Shown here: piece by piece, positions 1-60,800 of the stretch
Numbering within the stretch: position 1 is the first letter of the stretch
Layout of the letters: each line of letters begins with the position of its first letter
Assembly: GCA_951804945.1 (NCBI GenBank)
Contig: OX638154.1
Coordinates: 48,484,001 to 48,548,000 of the forward strand
Origin: Podarcis cretensis
Lineage: Eukaryota
Direction of reading: 5' to 3'
DNA length: 64,000 nucleotides
Position numbers and translations under genes: made by a program
The notes under the pieces: generated by a model
What the model was told of the DNA's origin: nothing
What the model saw: only the letters and a program-made list of their open reading frames with translations
The model's database searches: none

Positions 1-49
1 ATACATCTTCTGAATTATACACAGAATGCTTTTTTATATTATAGAGTGT

Positions 50-195
50 GCCAGTATGTTAAAGAGGCTTAAGTATTGGACTAGGACCTGGAGACCAAGA
101 TTCAAGTCCCCACTCAGTCATGAAGCTCACTGGATGACCTTGGGCCAGTCCCTGTTGCTCAGCCTAAGGCTGTTGTGTGGATAAAATGGGGGGCT
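50..195 (+). mobile_element. Old tRNA-derived CORE/MIR-like SINE fragment
   Basis: Degenerate B box (GATTCAAGTCC) followed by the CORE-like TGACCTTGGGCCAGTC...CTCAGCCT. Confidence 0.55.
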
Positions 196-1520
196 GGGGA
201 CAGAATATTTAGCTAGTGGTAAAGCCATGAGTCTGCACATGATAAAGAGTCCTGTGGCATAATGCGGGAGGAAGCAGCAGACATTCAAATGAGGCTCTGT
301 AAGCGCTATGCAAGTATCAGGTTGCACCAAGGTATAAAGATGGGCTGATAATTTCCCATCTTTATTTTTTAAAACAAAATTTATATACAAAAAAACAACT
401 GGTACCCTGGTTTGCTTCTATCTTTAGGTGAAATGCCATACAGGTTTACTTTTTGTGTGACCTGGACAGGTAGAGAAGAATGAAGAGAAAGTAGATAGTA
501 TTTATATTATCAGAGGTAGAAAGTTCAGGTGGGTAAAAGTTAAGTATAGGTGGGGTGCAAGGTAAAAAAAAGTACACTTTTGTTAATAAGACTGCCTTTC
601 TCTTTAGGAAGGTAAGAAGCAGATGCTCCAACCCAGAGCTATAGCCCTTCCTCTTTATTCTGCTTTTCCATCTATCCAAGTCACACAAAACATAAACCTG
701 TGTGCTTCATGTAAGGATGGAGACAAACCTAACAGCTGGTTTTTGTAGTTCCAAAGATAGGAAATTTGCTATTGTTTCTTCCTTTCAAGTAAACCTTGGT
801 ACAACGAAACAGCAACACAGCATTTAAGAGTTCCATGTGACAACCTACTACCTCTTCCAATATTTTGCCTTTAGACTCTTCCAAAATGCACAGCCATGGT
901 GTTACTACCAGCCATGCATTCTCTTCCCAAGTCTTGATTTGAGAACTCGATTGCTTGTCCACTATTTTGGTTGGCTTAATAAAAGTATTGCCATAATATG
1001 GATTTTGGAATTTTTCTTATGGGCCAACACAGAATCCTTTATTTTGTGTCATATTTACAAGTTACATAAGAACAGATTAACAGATCTACCTGTAGATTAT
1101 ATATTCTTCCCTTTTACAAGCCAAGTCACTGACTTGGGGCTGCTAAACATTATGAGGGAACCTGTCTTCTCATAGAACTTTAGTATCAAAATTGAAGTAG
1201 TTTGACAGGACATCTGAATTACTGGAACTGGAAAACAGATCTCTGAGATGCTGAAAAAAGTAATTACATTTTCCCTTCAAGGTGGAAGGCCACTTTCAAA
1301 GCTTTTAAAGAGAAGAACAAGCAAAGACAGAGAAAGTGAAATAATGCATTTCAACCACCTGCAAAAAGCATTCTTGGAAAATGCAGCAGTAGTTCTCAAA
1401 ATGCATTCATCTGCATAGAAAGAATTCCAACACCAAAGTGCAGAGCTGGTTCCTAAGCCTTCCTTGGGTTACATGTTGCTGTGTGTGAAAATGAATGTTT
1501 CAGTTAATTTTTAGATGTTT

Positions 1521-17300
<15,780 letters not shown>

Positions 17301-18643
17301 CCGGGGAAGAAGCGCATTAGCTGTTTTGTGCTTGCAGTTGTACATAATGTTCGTTAACAAATAATCGTTGGAATGCAATTCTCTACAGTCCTCGGCTAGT
17401 AAATTGTGGTAGCTAACAACACAGTCTTCCTTGTTATTGGTTAATGCGGGATGAGGAGCTGTTTTCCAGCTCATGGGCTGCATTCCCTTCTTGGACCAAC
17501 TTCTGGGGGCCATTTTCGTGGTGCAGCAATGGACGTAAATTTTACCTTCGTACTGTTTCTACACACGCCCCCTTTTCCCCTGACAAGCCAGATAAATTAC
17601 CTATGACTGCTGATCCTTTCTTGTTTAGATTCCTACGCTAGGTCTGTTGTAAGCCTCACGTTTCTGAGTTTTATTGGCATAAACCCATTTTTTGCTTCAC
17701 TTTGCAGGACTGTCCAATCTTTCCAATCAGAAAGCTATTTGTCACTATCTGCAGTGACAAGCTAGGTTGCTTTCATTCACCATCCAGGTGCAACGTTGCT
17801 TGTTGCACGTAAGCAGCACCAGTTGCCTTTCCTGTTTCTTGCAAATAGAACTGGTAGCACCCGACTGTTGGCTTCTAACCATTGTTGAGGAGAACATGTG
17901 TACACTAAATTCATTTTTTAATAAGCTGCATACATTAAAATAACTTATAACAGTTCCCACTGAGTAAGCCACGCATTCGTACAAAGTCATGTAAATTGTA
18001 AAAAAAAAAAAAGTTTAATTCGAGAATTCGAACGTTAACTTTAGCTGCTGCGAGTCATCGCGCAACCTGGTGGCGCAAAGGGCCCATAGCAGAGCACATC
18101 CCTCCCTCCCATGCTGGCTACGCGTGAAGCTGGAAAACCCGCCCGGATCCAGAACGCGTGGCGGGCACGTCACAATCCCATCTCCGGCGACAGCACGCGC
18201 AGTTACTTGTATACGCGCTAGGCCACTTTTTACGCCGCCCCCACCTCCCTTGGCCCTAGTTAAATCCGGCGAAGCCCCGGGGAGGCGAGCGGTGGGCTGG
18301 GACACCGCGAGGCGCATGCGCTCCGCCCATGGGACAAGGGGAGGCGGGCGAGGGGCCTGACGCGCGGCTCCGGCTCCTGCCTGTCACGCAGAGCAGGGGG
18401 CGGCGCCGCACGCGTTTGGAAGAGCCAGGGGGAGTGGCCTTCCCCGGGAGCCCCAGCTCGGGAGGAAGTGACAGCAGCAGCAGCGGCGGCGGCGGCGAGG
18501 AGATCTGGTGGCGCGCGCAACGGCGCGCGAAGATACCAGTCGTACGCACGCGCCGACCGGCTCGCCCGCGGCCAGCGCAGGCGCAGGAAATATCCTTGGA
18601 GCGCACGCGCGGGGGGTCGCGGGGGCTGCTGTCTCTAGCCGCC

Positions 18644-50617
<31,974 letters not shown>

Positions 50618-53040
50618 ATGTATTGGCCCTATAACTGGGTTTACAGCATAATATATACACACCTAGATGTTCCAGCTGCCCCTTCCCTCTCCTCCCAGGT
50701 CAATTTTTTCCTTGTTGATTTTCAGAGTGAAGCTTCTCCTTGAGGGCTTTTGAGATTTTAGATAAATCTAACCGTTCATGTGAGTTTGTGTACTCGACTC
50801 AGTAGGGACTATTGTCAGCCAGTGGGCGTCCAATATGTTTTGCCGTGATTGGAGTTTGCCAAAGAGTTTTTACAGGAATGTGAAATGACCCCTGACTCTC
50901 TTCCTTACTCAAGTACCTAACCCTAAAGGTGTGGGGAAATCTCCATTGGGACACACTCCCTTAACTATATTGCCGTCATCCCAAGGGGGATGTGAAGAGC
51001 TGTGAATCCCTCCTTAGCTCACTGACTCTGGGAGTCATTTTCTTAGTGCACATCCAGTTGCTGACAGTAAGAGGAGAAATGGCAGATGGCACCAAGGTGG
51101 TAGCTCCATGTGGAGCACTGAACTCGACTCGATTCATTCCTAAGGTGTCTGCTCTGCTGCTTGGGTAACTTTCTTTTTTTCTCGTTATTCTTTTCAGGAG
51201 TACTTTTCTCTAGTTTTAGACATTTAATCCTTTGAAACGACTTCTTTTGAACTGTATCTCTTTTTTTAGCACCATATTTTTTGTCCCCTCCATGTTCACT
51301 TGCGTTTCTGAGTCCCGTGAAATAAGCTGCTCTCCAAAGCCGTAGCATGTGAACCCAAGTAAGTTTCACATGGAAAATAAAGGCAGCCGACATTGGTAGA
51401 GGTCACTGTCTCTTTACAAGTATGGCTCTATGCATTTGTTGGCTGCAGAGGGGCAGCCAGGTTGCCCAAGTTCAGTGCCCAACATGCAGCCCCAGGCAAT
51501 ATGGGGCTTGCCAACAGTGTACAGTGGCCCAAAAGGCATTTGACAATGGCATGGTTTCTGCTACAAAAGCCAGGAGGTGATCCAGCCTGTGGCAGACCAC
51601 TTTTTCCATAGGTCTCCCTTATGCCCCCAGGGGCCTTATTGGCCTTGTGTGAAATTGTCTTTTTAGGAGAGAGCAGTTACGTTTTCATTCTGGAAAAACA
51701 GGATATGTTCTTCCTTTTCAACAATAAGGAAAGGTAATATTGGGGGCTGTCTTTCCAACTGTACCCAGACTATCAATCACCCTATTTCCAAAGGTTAATG
51801 AATGTAATGATATATATACCCTGTTAACTGTCCAAGGTGCTGGACTCTAGAAATTCCCTTTCGAATAGAATTTCTTCCTTTGTATTAACAGCAGAACAAA
51901 TAATCTAGGGGAACAGAGTAGTTTGAATCTTCCCCACCCACCCCTAGAGATGAAGTGTCAAATTCTGTTCTCCAGAATCATTACAGCCATTGTTGCTCAG
52001 CAGAGAATATACAACGCAAGCTTGTAAAACTCCTAGGAAAAGGGGTTAGTTGTGACTGACTCTTGTAGGCTTTTTATTTTATTAGAAAGATATGTAACTC
52101 TTGCTAGTTTTACAATGAGTATCTCCTAGGTTTTCCCAGGTTTGTTTTTTTAAATCCCCAGCATCTTGCTCAAATGTAAGGTTTGGAGACTTCCCATGGA
52201 CCAAATAGGCCTTTGAGATTGCAAAATTCTCCCAGGCTGGAAACTGCTGGAGGACTCAGAATTGAAGGCACTCTGAGGGACAATTCAATGCAAAAGCTAC
52301 CAGCAGGAAAACACTCTTCTCGGTTGTTTTCTCTTGGCAGAAATCCCAGTTTATAGTCATCTTAAACCCTCGTTATCCTTTGCAAAAAAAATCTGGTGCA
52401 GTTTTATTTCACTTTATCTTAAATGGAAGTTTAACCATCATACCTCCTTCACTTTGGAATTTGGCTGCACTGTCATATTATACCTGACTGAGGCTTTTGC
52501 AAAATTTGTGCTGCATGTCCATTTAGGAGATCTTAAGCAATGTTCTCTTTGTACAATCTTAAGATGAAAAGGAAAAGGTTCCAATAGTTTTAAATGATAC
52601 TCCTGTTATCTAAAGTATCATCCTCACCTCCAAGAAGCACTTCTTTGCTTGACTGTAAGGATCGAAATAGAATGTATAAATACATACTTTCTTTTTGAAT
52701 ACTGTGAAAACTTGCTGGCAGGGAGAATTGAATTTCCGGTGTCAATGCAAACTAGTTTGCATCAACATCTTGCCTACCTGAATGGAACAAAATGCTCCTA
52801 GGTGTGGGGGCTGCATCTCTTGGGTTTTGATATAGGTTCCCCTCCACCGAAGAAGGCTGCTGCCACCTCTTTTGCACTAAGAGAGAAGTTCTGGGATAAT
52901 ACAAGAGGTAGCTTGTCAGGATCGCCTACATATTTGGGGGCTCACATTGGATTCACTCAACTTCCAAATTGCCATAAAGTGCTCACTAACAGATTTGTAC
53001 TTGTTTTGTCGTTCTAAAACCTGAAGGAAAAAAATACATT

Positions 53041-53046
53041 TTTATT
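53041..53046 (-). terminator. Candidate poly(A) signal of LHFPL5
   Basis: TTTATT on the + strand; the first canonical minus-strand AATAAA I found downstream of the LHFPL5 stop at 54531. Confidence 0.4.
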
Positions 53047-53094
53047 CTTTCTATTGGGTGCATTGTCTTTTTTTCTTTGTAAATGCAGCAGCAC

Positions 53095-53100
53095 AATAAA
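53095..53100 (+). terminator. Candidate distal poly(A) signal of SRPK1 (proximal alternative AATAAA at 51376-51381)
   Basis: AATAAA about 2.5 kb after the stop codon, in a region with no recognisable repeats that looks like 3'UTR. Confidence 0.4.
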
Positions 53101-54530
53101 CAGGTTATTAAATAATCCACAGGTACTTTTGATATGCTGTCTATATTCATCCACAGGTTTCGTACAGTAGAGCCTCTTATCTGAACAGGCTGTGAGACAG
53201 TGAGAAGCTTAAATTAAATCCAAGCACTGTTGTGTTATGGGGATATAGTGATCTAGTTGCATGGCTGCAGGGCAGGAAAAGGAAACAAAGAATATTGGTG
53301 GCTGATGAGTTCAGGAAATGGTGGTCTGCTTTTAGACTGCTGGAGAAAAGATGATGAAATTAATTCTTGAAAGCATAAACCACAATGCATAATTGATCAG
53401 ACATTTCATTATCATGGTCTAAGTTAAGATTTACATTACAATACTAGCAGTTTTTTTTAACTCTGTATCATCTTAATGCAATACTGGTCTCATTGCAGGA
53501 GGAGATGTTTGAATTGTCCCAGATAATTAACCATAAAGAGAAATCCAGTTAATACTCTTGGGTTTCAGAGTAGATCTGTTTAGCATAATCTTATCATTTG
53601 AGCTTATTTCTAATACGCTCTGTGCAGTGGACAGAGCATACTGCAGAAATGCATTACCAACTACTAGCATGTTTTGCTTGTTCTGTGGTTCTTTTGGTAT
53701 CTTAGTGGGATATTTGGTAAGGGTAAGGGAGGGGAGGGTTAGCTTTGTGGCTGATGTCTGGGACTTGCTTATAGACCTATTCTCCTTGGGTACCAGTATT
53801 ACTGCATCTTGTTGGAACTGCTAATTTTTGCTGCAGATTTCTTTCATCTATGCTTTATGGAAAACCTCAGGCTACACTGAACATAAGAACAGAATAAAAG
53901 ACAAAATTTGGAAAGCAACTGCACACCTAATGAGATATTCTCCATGGTCAGCACCTCTCCTTGATGCACAGCAAACTCATGACTGGAAGGAAGTTTCACG
54001 ATCACTCTGTAGTGCAGGATAGAAAGTCATTCTTCAAAGAAGGAAGTCTACTATCCTCCTAGGCATGCCTGTCATTGGGCCTCAGTTACTTTTGTGGCTT
54101 TCCACTCTGGCTTCATGTAAACAAAGGAGGGAACAGATTACTTCACATAGGCTGCTTGTTACTTATTATATGCCTGCATTGTCTCTTGATTGATTGGATC
54201 CCTCAGTTAAAAGAGAATGTCATGAATATGTTGATTCTTGCATAGCAGATCTTCAGTTCAATAATATTTGGGTATAGTTCTTGACAAAGGCAAAGGTTTT
54301 GAGAATCTAGTAGGTGATCTTTCCGCAGAAAGATGGGTTAATTTTACAAAAGGAGTCCTCACCCCCCCCCCCTTTTGAGGTGCCTTTGGTTTTGTGTCAT
54401 AGCACAATTGAATGTCTGCAGGCAATAAAAGTCTGGGAGCGTGTATCAAGCAGCCTTCTGGACTCCACCGTCATAGTTGGAATGTGTATGTCGCCCACTT
54501 CAATCAAGGTACACTTGAGGTTGTTTGTCT

Positions 54531-54547
54531 TCATTCATTTCCTTCTT
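54531..54547 (-). CDS. LHFPL5: LHFPL5 coding exon 3 (terminal, EEGNE*)
   Basis: TTTTTTGTCTTGCAG|AA GAA GGA AAT GAA TGA, in phase with exon 2. Confidence 0.78.
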
Positions 54548-57500
54548 CTGCAAGACAAAAAACACAACATTCAACAAATGGTGACCCTGAAAAGTATCCA
54601 GGCCTCATGACTACTATTTAAGGAGCCCTTGTTTCATGGCCCAAAGGAGTGTTATGATATGCACATGAGCCCACACTTACTCAGGGAGGGGAGAAGGTGT
54701 GTGATGTGCAGCTTGAACCTCTAGTACTAAATTGAAAGCCATCACTAGCCATGATTATATATGGAAAAAAGGATGTCACTCCCTTTCTGTATTTGCAATT
54801 TGCGCTTGCAGTTAATGAGAACTGGCTCAATTTAGTACCCAATGTACCAATAAGGACTGCACTGGAAGTGTATCGGCTTCATCACAACTGACTAGACCTG
54901 AATTCCATGGATGAGCAGGGCTTTGAAGGATGATGGGCAATGAGGAAAAGATAGATCATCTCTCCACAGGGCTATTGCGGTGCTGTTTAAAGGTAAAGGT
55001 AAAGGGACCCCTGACCGTTAGGTCCAGTCGTGACCGACTCTGGGGTTGCGGCGCTCATCTCGCTTTATTGGCCGAGGGAGCCAGCGTCCAGCTTCTGGGT
55101 CATGTGGCCAGCATGACTAAGCCGCTTCTGGCGAACCAGAGCAGCGCATGGAAACGTCGTTTACCTTCCCGCCGGAGCGGTACCTATCTATCTACTTGCA
55201 CTTTGACGTGCTTTCGAACTGCTAGGTTGGCAGGAGCAGGGACCAAGCAACGGGAGCTCACTCCGTCGCGGGGATTCAAACTGCCGACCTTCTGATCGGC
55301 AAGTCCTAGGCTCTGTGGTTTAACCCACAGCGCCTAGCAAACATATATATTTAAGGGGAGAGTCATACCTACACCTGCTAGAAGCTTGCTTGGAGTTGTA
55401 TACATAGGCTTGAGTTTTTGGCATTCATGCAGAAGAATTTGCATTACAGGCTGTTTTTCAGGGATATAGTTATGCAGAAGCCTTGACATGTGCACCCTTC
55501 AAGTAAGCCCCCTCTTTTTAATACTTGGTTTCTCCCTGTACCATGGCACAAGGACTGAGCTCCCCACCACCACATGATGAAGCAACTATGCTCAAGTAAA
55601 GCAGGTGTGGTCAGTACCTGGATGGGAGGCAAGCTGGATACTATTTGCCAGCTGGAGTTTCACCATGGAAGAAAGGTTGGATATAAAGGTAATAATTGAA
55701 ATAAACTCAAATTGCCCACTGCAGTTACTGTTCCTGCATGAGCACACATCTAGGTAAGCTATGCAGTTAAGCACTTCTGAATGCATGCCTAATGCTATCC
55801 TACAAAGTACTAGTCGGGTGGAGGGTGGTGTCTGCCCTGAGAGATTCCATATACACAATAGGATCACCTTTATTATCCACTTGGAAGTCAGATGGAAGGA
55901 GATTGTCTTGCCGGTTGCCAAGCACAAATGCCAAGAAGGAGAGAATGAAGGCGTCCAGGATCCCAATGATGCAGAGGATGTATGCCCAGCGCACTGTGCA
56001 CACCCCCAGTGTGTATTTGTCAGTCTTCTCGCCACACATACGTTTCACCTCAGGTGAGTCCCAGCCATCAGGGTAGAGCAGGCAGCCTATTGACAAGCCT
56101 GCACCTGCAGGGAAAGATGCTTTGCATTAATAAGATTTCCAAACAGATGACTGCAGGCATCTTGTCTCATTCAGGATGTTTGCATGGTGCAAGAAGGTTT
56201 TCGAACATAATCTTGGTTCCAGTAATGCCTTTCAAATCTCCCAGAAATTGTGGGATGGAGGGGGAAGAGAGGCTGAATGAAAAGAGAGCCAAACGACACA
56301 AAGGGAGTGCTTTTGCTCAGTGTTGCATCAATGGTGTCACAAGGCAAAATCTCTTGCAAACTGCCACTCATCTCCACAGCATGGAGAAGGTCATTGCCAT
56401 TCAGCATCTTCCTTTGATGGGCACAGTTCTATGTTAGCTTAACGAATGTGTGGAAGCAATTTTCAGCACCAGGTCCTTCACTACAGAGTAACCACACTCC
56501 AACCTCATGCATCATGGACTAGGAAGAAGGCTGCTAGATATGGATTATCATTGTAGTAGGCACCTTGTTTTTCTGGAATATAACATATATGTCTCATGCA
56601 ATCTACTGTTTCTCTTAAGTGCACATGCATATAGTTTGCCTGTGACATCAGCATATTATATCTCGTACATTTAAGTGGTATGGCTGTAGCATCTCTAAGA
56701 AATAAGTCTTGTTGGAGTTTCTTTGCTGAGAGATGTAGTTTTGCATCATTTCTTTGTTCCCTTGGCAACACTTCAGTTCCAGGATCTTGAATGCAAAATT
56801 ACTTCCCTTGAGACCACTTGCATTAATTATGACAACTTTATTTAGATATCTGAGATAACACATTGCCACAGATAAACGCAGAAGATGCTTTACACATTAC
56901 AAAAGGGATCTGTGAATTGTTCTTCAGCAGTGCCTGGGGCCACATCCATCATAGGAAGCTGCAGTGTGAGGACCAAGTCCTCTGCAAGCACAGCAGCATC
57001 TTCACTGCTGAGTTGTGCTGCTGCAATAACTAATGTAGATCCCTTTTGTAATATAATCCTGTCTAAAGAGGGATGCAGAATGGTGGTCGCAGTACATTCA
57101 TGTGTTTTTACAACACTGCACAGATACTCTAAGCCAACGGGAGATCCCCAGATTCAAGATGTTACTGGCTTTATTTCACCTGTAGTAATTGTGTTAGGAC
57201 ATTTTATCTACTCTACAGATATGGTTTAGCTAATCTGATGGACTGGTCAAGTTCTGCTTCTTAGAGAATCCAGTAATAGTAGCTCTGTGAAAAAGAACTG
57301 TGGATTTTTCTTGGCACCTCGTCTAACATTGAATTACATTAATCTTTGCGGAAAACTATGAAAGGATTAAAACAGTAATATGCACTTGTGGTGTTCCTAT
57401 TCCTTTTGAAATAGAATCCAAGAGCTGAATGGGACTGACAGTCAGCCTAGCTGGCCTGTAGCAAAGACAGACAAGCCACTAATGAGATATCTACAGATCA

Positions 57501-60169
57501 TTAACCTCTCCTACAAGGAGAACAGAAGCTGCTAATGGAGCAAAAAGCTCAAGATGACTCATCCAAACAAACCAAGCTGTAAACAACCAAATAAGCCAGG
57601 ATTACTGCATAAGTATAGAATAGGGTTCATTTATATAGCATTGCTGTTCTGAATTCTGTTGTGCTTCTGTTGTCATGGAATCATTATTTGTATGTTAACA
57701 CAAGCCCTTCTGGGCTGCACAAGCATTTTTCATCACTGGCAAGTGTGGTAGAAAAAGCATCCAGTAAAGCTCTGTTAATATCCATTGTGAATGTTCTTTC
57801 TGTGACATGCAGCAATTGATGCTCTAAAGCAACCACATGGTCATAGTTACAGTACTTTGATATACTACTATACACCAGTGCATCAAGAGACAGTATAACC
57901 TCTGTTGCAGAGCATTCTTTCATGCCAGTAATAAATGTGCTGCCTTCTGTCTTCCTTGCTTACAGACACAATTGATCTCTGCCGCTAGGAATTGTGATAG
58001 CCTAGACTACAATGCCATAACATGATGATGACTCTCTGGCCCTGCTTTGTCCCTAAGATGGACTTTATAAAGAAAGAAAACTGATTAATTAGCTTCCCAT
58101 AAGCTTCCTCTTCATTATAACCCGCATCCCTTCCTGTCTTAGATCATAGTTGGTGTTTCTGCTAGGACTTCTACTTAATGTGCCATGCACAGTTTGATTT
58201 GACCTTCTCTCCCAGATTACACTGAAATGTATAAATGTTATCTTTCCAGAAAGCAGAGGTTCATTCTTCATACCCTGAGATCTCAGACAATTCTGTAAGT
58301 CTTTGGTAAATAAGTTCAATGACCCTCCAGTTCAGAATAAATGGGTTCACTGGTCATGTATGGGATTAAGATACTAAACCGGTAAGATGAAGAGTCATAC
58401 ATTGTTTAAATAGTCTCCTACAGTTATGCAAGTGGGTATCATAAATAGATCAATGCTGCTATTTGGCATCTTTCTTGGCAGCCAATATGGCAACATGAAA
58501 CATGAAATTTTGCACATGAAATCATTAAACACACACATCCCCCTGCTTACCCATCCTTTTCTTTTCCTCCTGTGTTTCTGCTCTTTGGTCATTGTGAGCC
58601 ACTTGCGGGCCTTTTCAAGCCTCTGACTCCTAAGCTTTGGAGACAGCTGGAAACAGAGGCTTCTCTTATTATTCTTATTCTTATCATTATTATTAATTAC
58701 ATTTGTATACCGCCCTATACCCTCAGGTCTTGGGGCGGTTCACAGGATAAAATCAAAATATAAAACCACAAAATACAGTGTTGTTCATCTTGGTTTATGC
58801 CACCAATGTCTCCCACCAAATATATCTTCCACCTGTTACTCTGCAGGTATTACTCTGCAGGTAATATAAGAAGGCTATCAACATTTCTCACTGGTATAAA
58901 TATTTCAAAAGGTTTCAAGTGGCTTGATTATATGTCAACTTCTTCTGTCTGTAGAATTGCACAGACCTAGCAGGACTGAGTCTGGACGGCTAAAAGCTTC
59001 ACCAAATCCTAGCTGTGCCTTCTCTTGGACATTGCCATTACTAGCAGGGCTTAATTAGGCAGTCACTCTTATTCATTACGTAAACACCAGATTAAACAGG
59101 ATAATCTACAGAGAGTAGAAAGTTGACTGTAGTCCACGCAAGCTTATGCCATAATGAATTTGTTTGTCTTTGAGGTGCCACAAGACTTCATCGTTTGCAC
59201 TGCAATAGACTGACCTGCCTACCCATCTGGAAATTTAAGACAAAAAGGTGCCTATGGAAGACTTCACATATTGCATATTTAAGTGTACGTTCAAAAATAA
59301 GAAAATATGAATTGTACAAGGATTCACTTGCCATCATATGAAGCATATAGGTGCACTGATCAGGGAGCAATGATTGGCTGCAGTGACAATTTAGGGTTTG
59401 CATCCATGTAATCTGGGCAACCACTTGTATAAGAAGTTGGAAATGCTTTATTTAAGGAACTCATATATACATCGCAAAACCAATTTCACTTACCATCTTA
59501 TGTACTGGGAGCTTCAGCAGCAAATTTAACGTTCCAAAACCTGGTTTGTGTTGGTGCCAATGTAGTGGGAATCCAAAATGGCCACCGGCAGATTTGAATT
59601 ATATCTACACAGGTGGCCTTTGGAAAACAGAGCCAAAGAGCTATGTTGTCCCCAAAATGATACTGCTTGGCCCTGAGGCTACTCCCATGAGCACAGGTGT
59701 GTGACTCTTACAAGAGTGTCTTCCCCTCTCCCTCCAGGTCCCCTAAGCCCCACTCACATGCTGCCAGCTGCATCCAAGCGCACACCTTGAAGACAGTGGC
59801 TGCGTTGCAGAAGAAGAAGAGGCTGAAGCAGAAGATGCAGCCAATGATGAGGAAGGTTGAGATGCCCACAAAGAACATGGCCGTTTTGAAGGCACTTGAG
59901 GGGATGGTGCCAAAGTCCAGCGGGCTGCCCTTGCAGATGAGTTCCCCTGTAAGGGCATTGCCAATGCAGTAGGAGAAAAGGCCAAAGTAGCCAGCCTGTG
60001 GTGTGTCAATGCTGTCCCCGATCCAGTAGGGCTGGATGAAAGTCACCACCATGATCACAGCAAAGCAGAGGGTGAACAGGGCCCACAGGACCCCCATGGC
60101 TCGGGCATTCCTCACATAGTTGGTGTGGTAGATTTTTGCCGCCTCCTGGGCTGGGAGCATCTTCCCCAT
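54531..60169 (-). CDS. LHFPL5: LHFPL tetraspan subfamily member 5 (TMHS), 221 aa: join(59758..60169,55868..56104,54531..54547)
   Basis: [29 protein letters not shown]...[12 protein letters not shown]...WMQLAA|[34 protein letters not shown]...[18 protein letters not shown]|EEGNE*. Four hydrophobic segments; adjacent to SRPK1 as in human. Confidence 0.95.
54989..55334 (-). mobile_element. Near-full-length Sauria SINE
   Basis: tRNA-like head on the minus strand (GGCGCTGTGGGTTAAACC...GGCAGTTTGAATCC) and an (ACCTTT)n tail; lies in LHFPL5 intron 2. Confidence 0.9.
55590..55696 (+). mobile_element. 5S rRNA-derived SINE fragment
   Basis: AAGTAAAGCAGG...TGGTCAGTACCTGGATGGGAGGC resembles 5S boxes A/IE/C, followed by an L2/MIR-like tail. 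Confidence 0.55.
55868..56104 (-). CDS. LHFPL5: LHFPL5 coding exon 2
   Basis: CCCTGCAG| ... AAAG|GTGATC; 237 nt. Confidence 0.93.
59110..59190 (+). mobile_element. Old Penelope-like 3' remnant
   Basis: GTTGACTGTAGTCCAC-GCAAGCTTATGCC...GTCTTTGAGGTGCCACAAGAC, similar to the 35224-35270 arm. Confidence 0.55.
59758..60169 (-). CDS. LHFPL5: LHFPL5 coding exon 1
   Basis: GTCGCCATGG start; 412 nt; donor CAT|GTGAGT. Confidence 0.95.
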
Positions 60170-60489
60170 GGCGACTCCTAGGGTGGGTTGTTTCTTCTAG
60201 GAAACAGGTGGGAAGGGTCAGCACTGGACGGGGGTCCTAGGAGGTGAAAGTCAGACGCTCAGTAAGCTGGCTGCTTCCTTACGCCAGGAAATGGGAGGGG
60301 GAGCAGCGGGTAGATGCTCTGAAGCTGCGGAATTGGGGCTGCAGGCTCAGCTTCCCAATCCTAGACGGTACTTCAGGGCTCTGGGAAGTAGCTCTAGACT
60401 CAGAGACCCTTCCCGGGCTTCAGACGCCGGGTCTCCAAAATGCCTCTTAAGTTTCTGTTCTGATCTGCTCCCTGAGAGCCTGAAGGTTA

Positions 60490-60800
60490 CTTAGCCGTGG
60501 CTCCTCCTCCTCCTCCTTTTCCCGGATCTCCCGGTTTCTAAGCGGCGGCTGCCACGTACCCTTCGAAGCTCCTCCCTGCTGTTGCTTCGCCCGTTCTCTC
60601 TTCCGCGCTCTGCTTCAGCACCACGGACAGCGGCCGGCAGAGAAAGCCAAGGGGAGCGAAGGGAATGGAAGGGAATGGCGAGGAGAACGAGGGGGAAGGA
60701 GGCAGGCTGGAGCAGCTGCGCACAGCACGAATATACACTAAATCGGACGAGGCGGGGATACAATCCGAACCGGGTGTAGGACGGGGACGAATGGCAGTTT
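60490..60800 (-). promoter_or_regulatory. Small CpG-rich promoter / probable non-coding first exon of LHFPL5
   Basis: CpG cluster; candidate donors AGG|GTACGT (60559) and TAA|GTAACC (60490); acceptor TGCTGAC...CCTAG at 60197 just upstream of the ATG. Confidence 0.5.
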
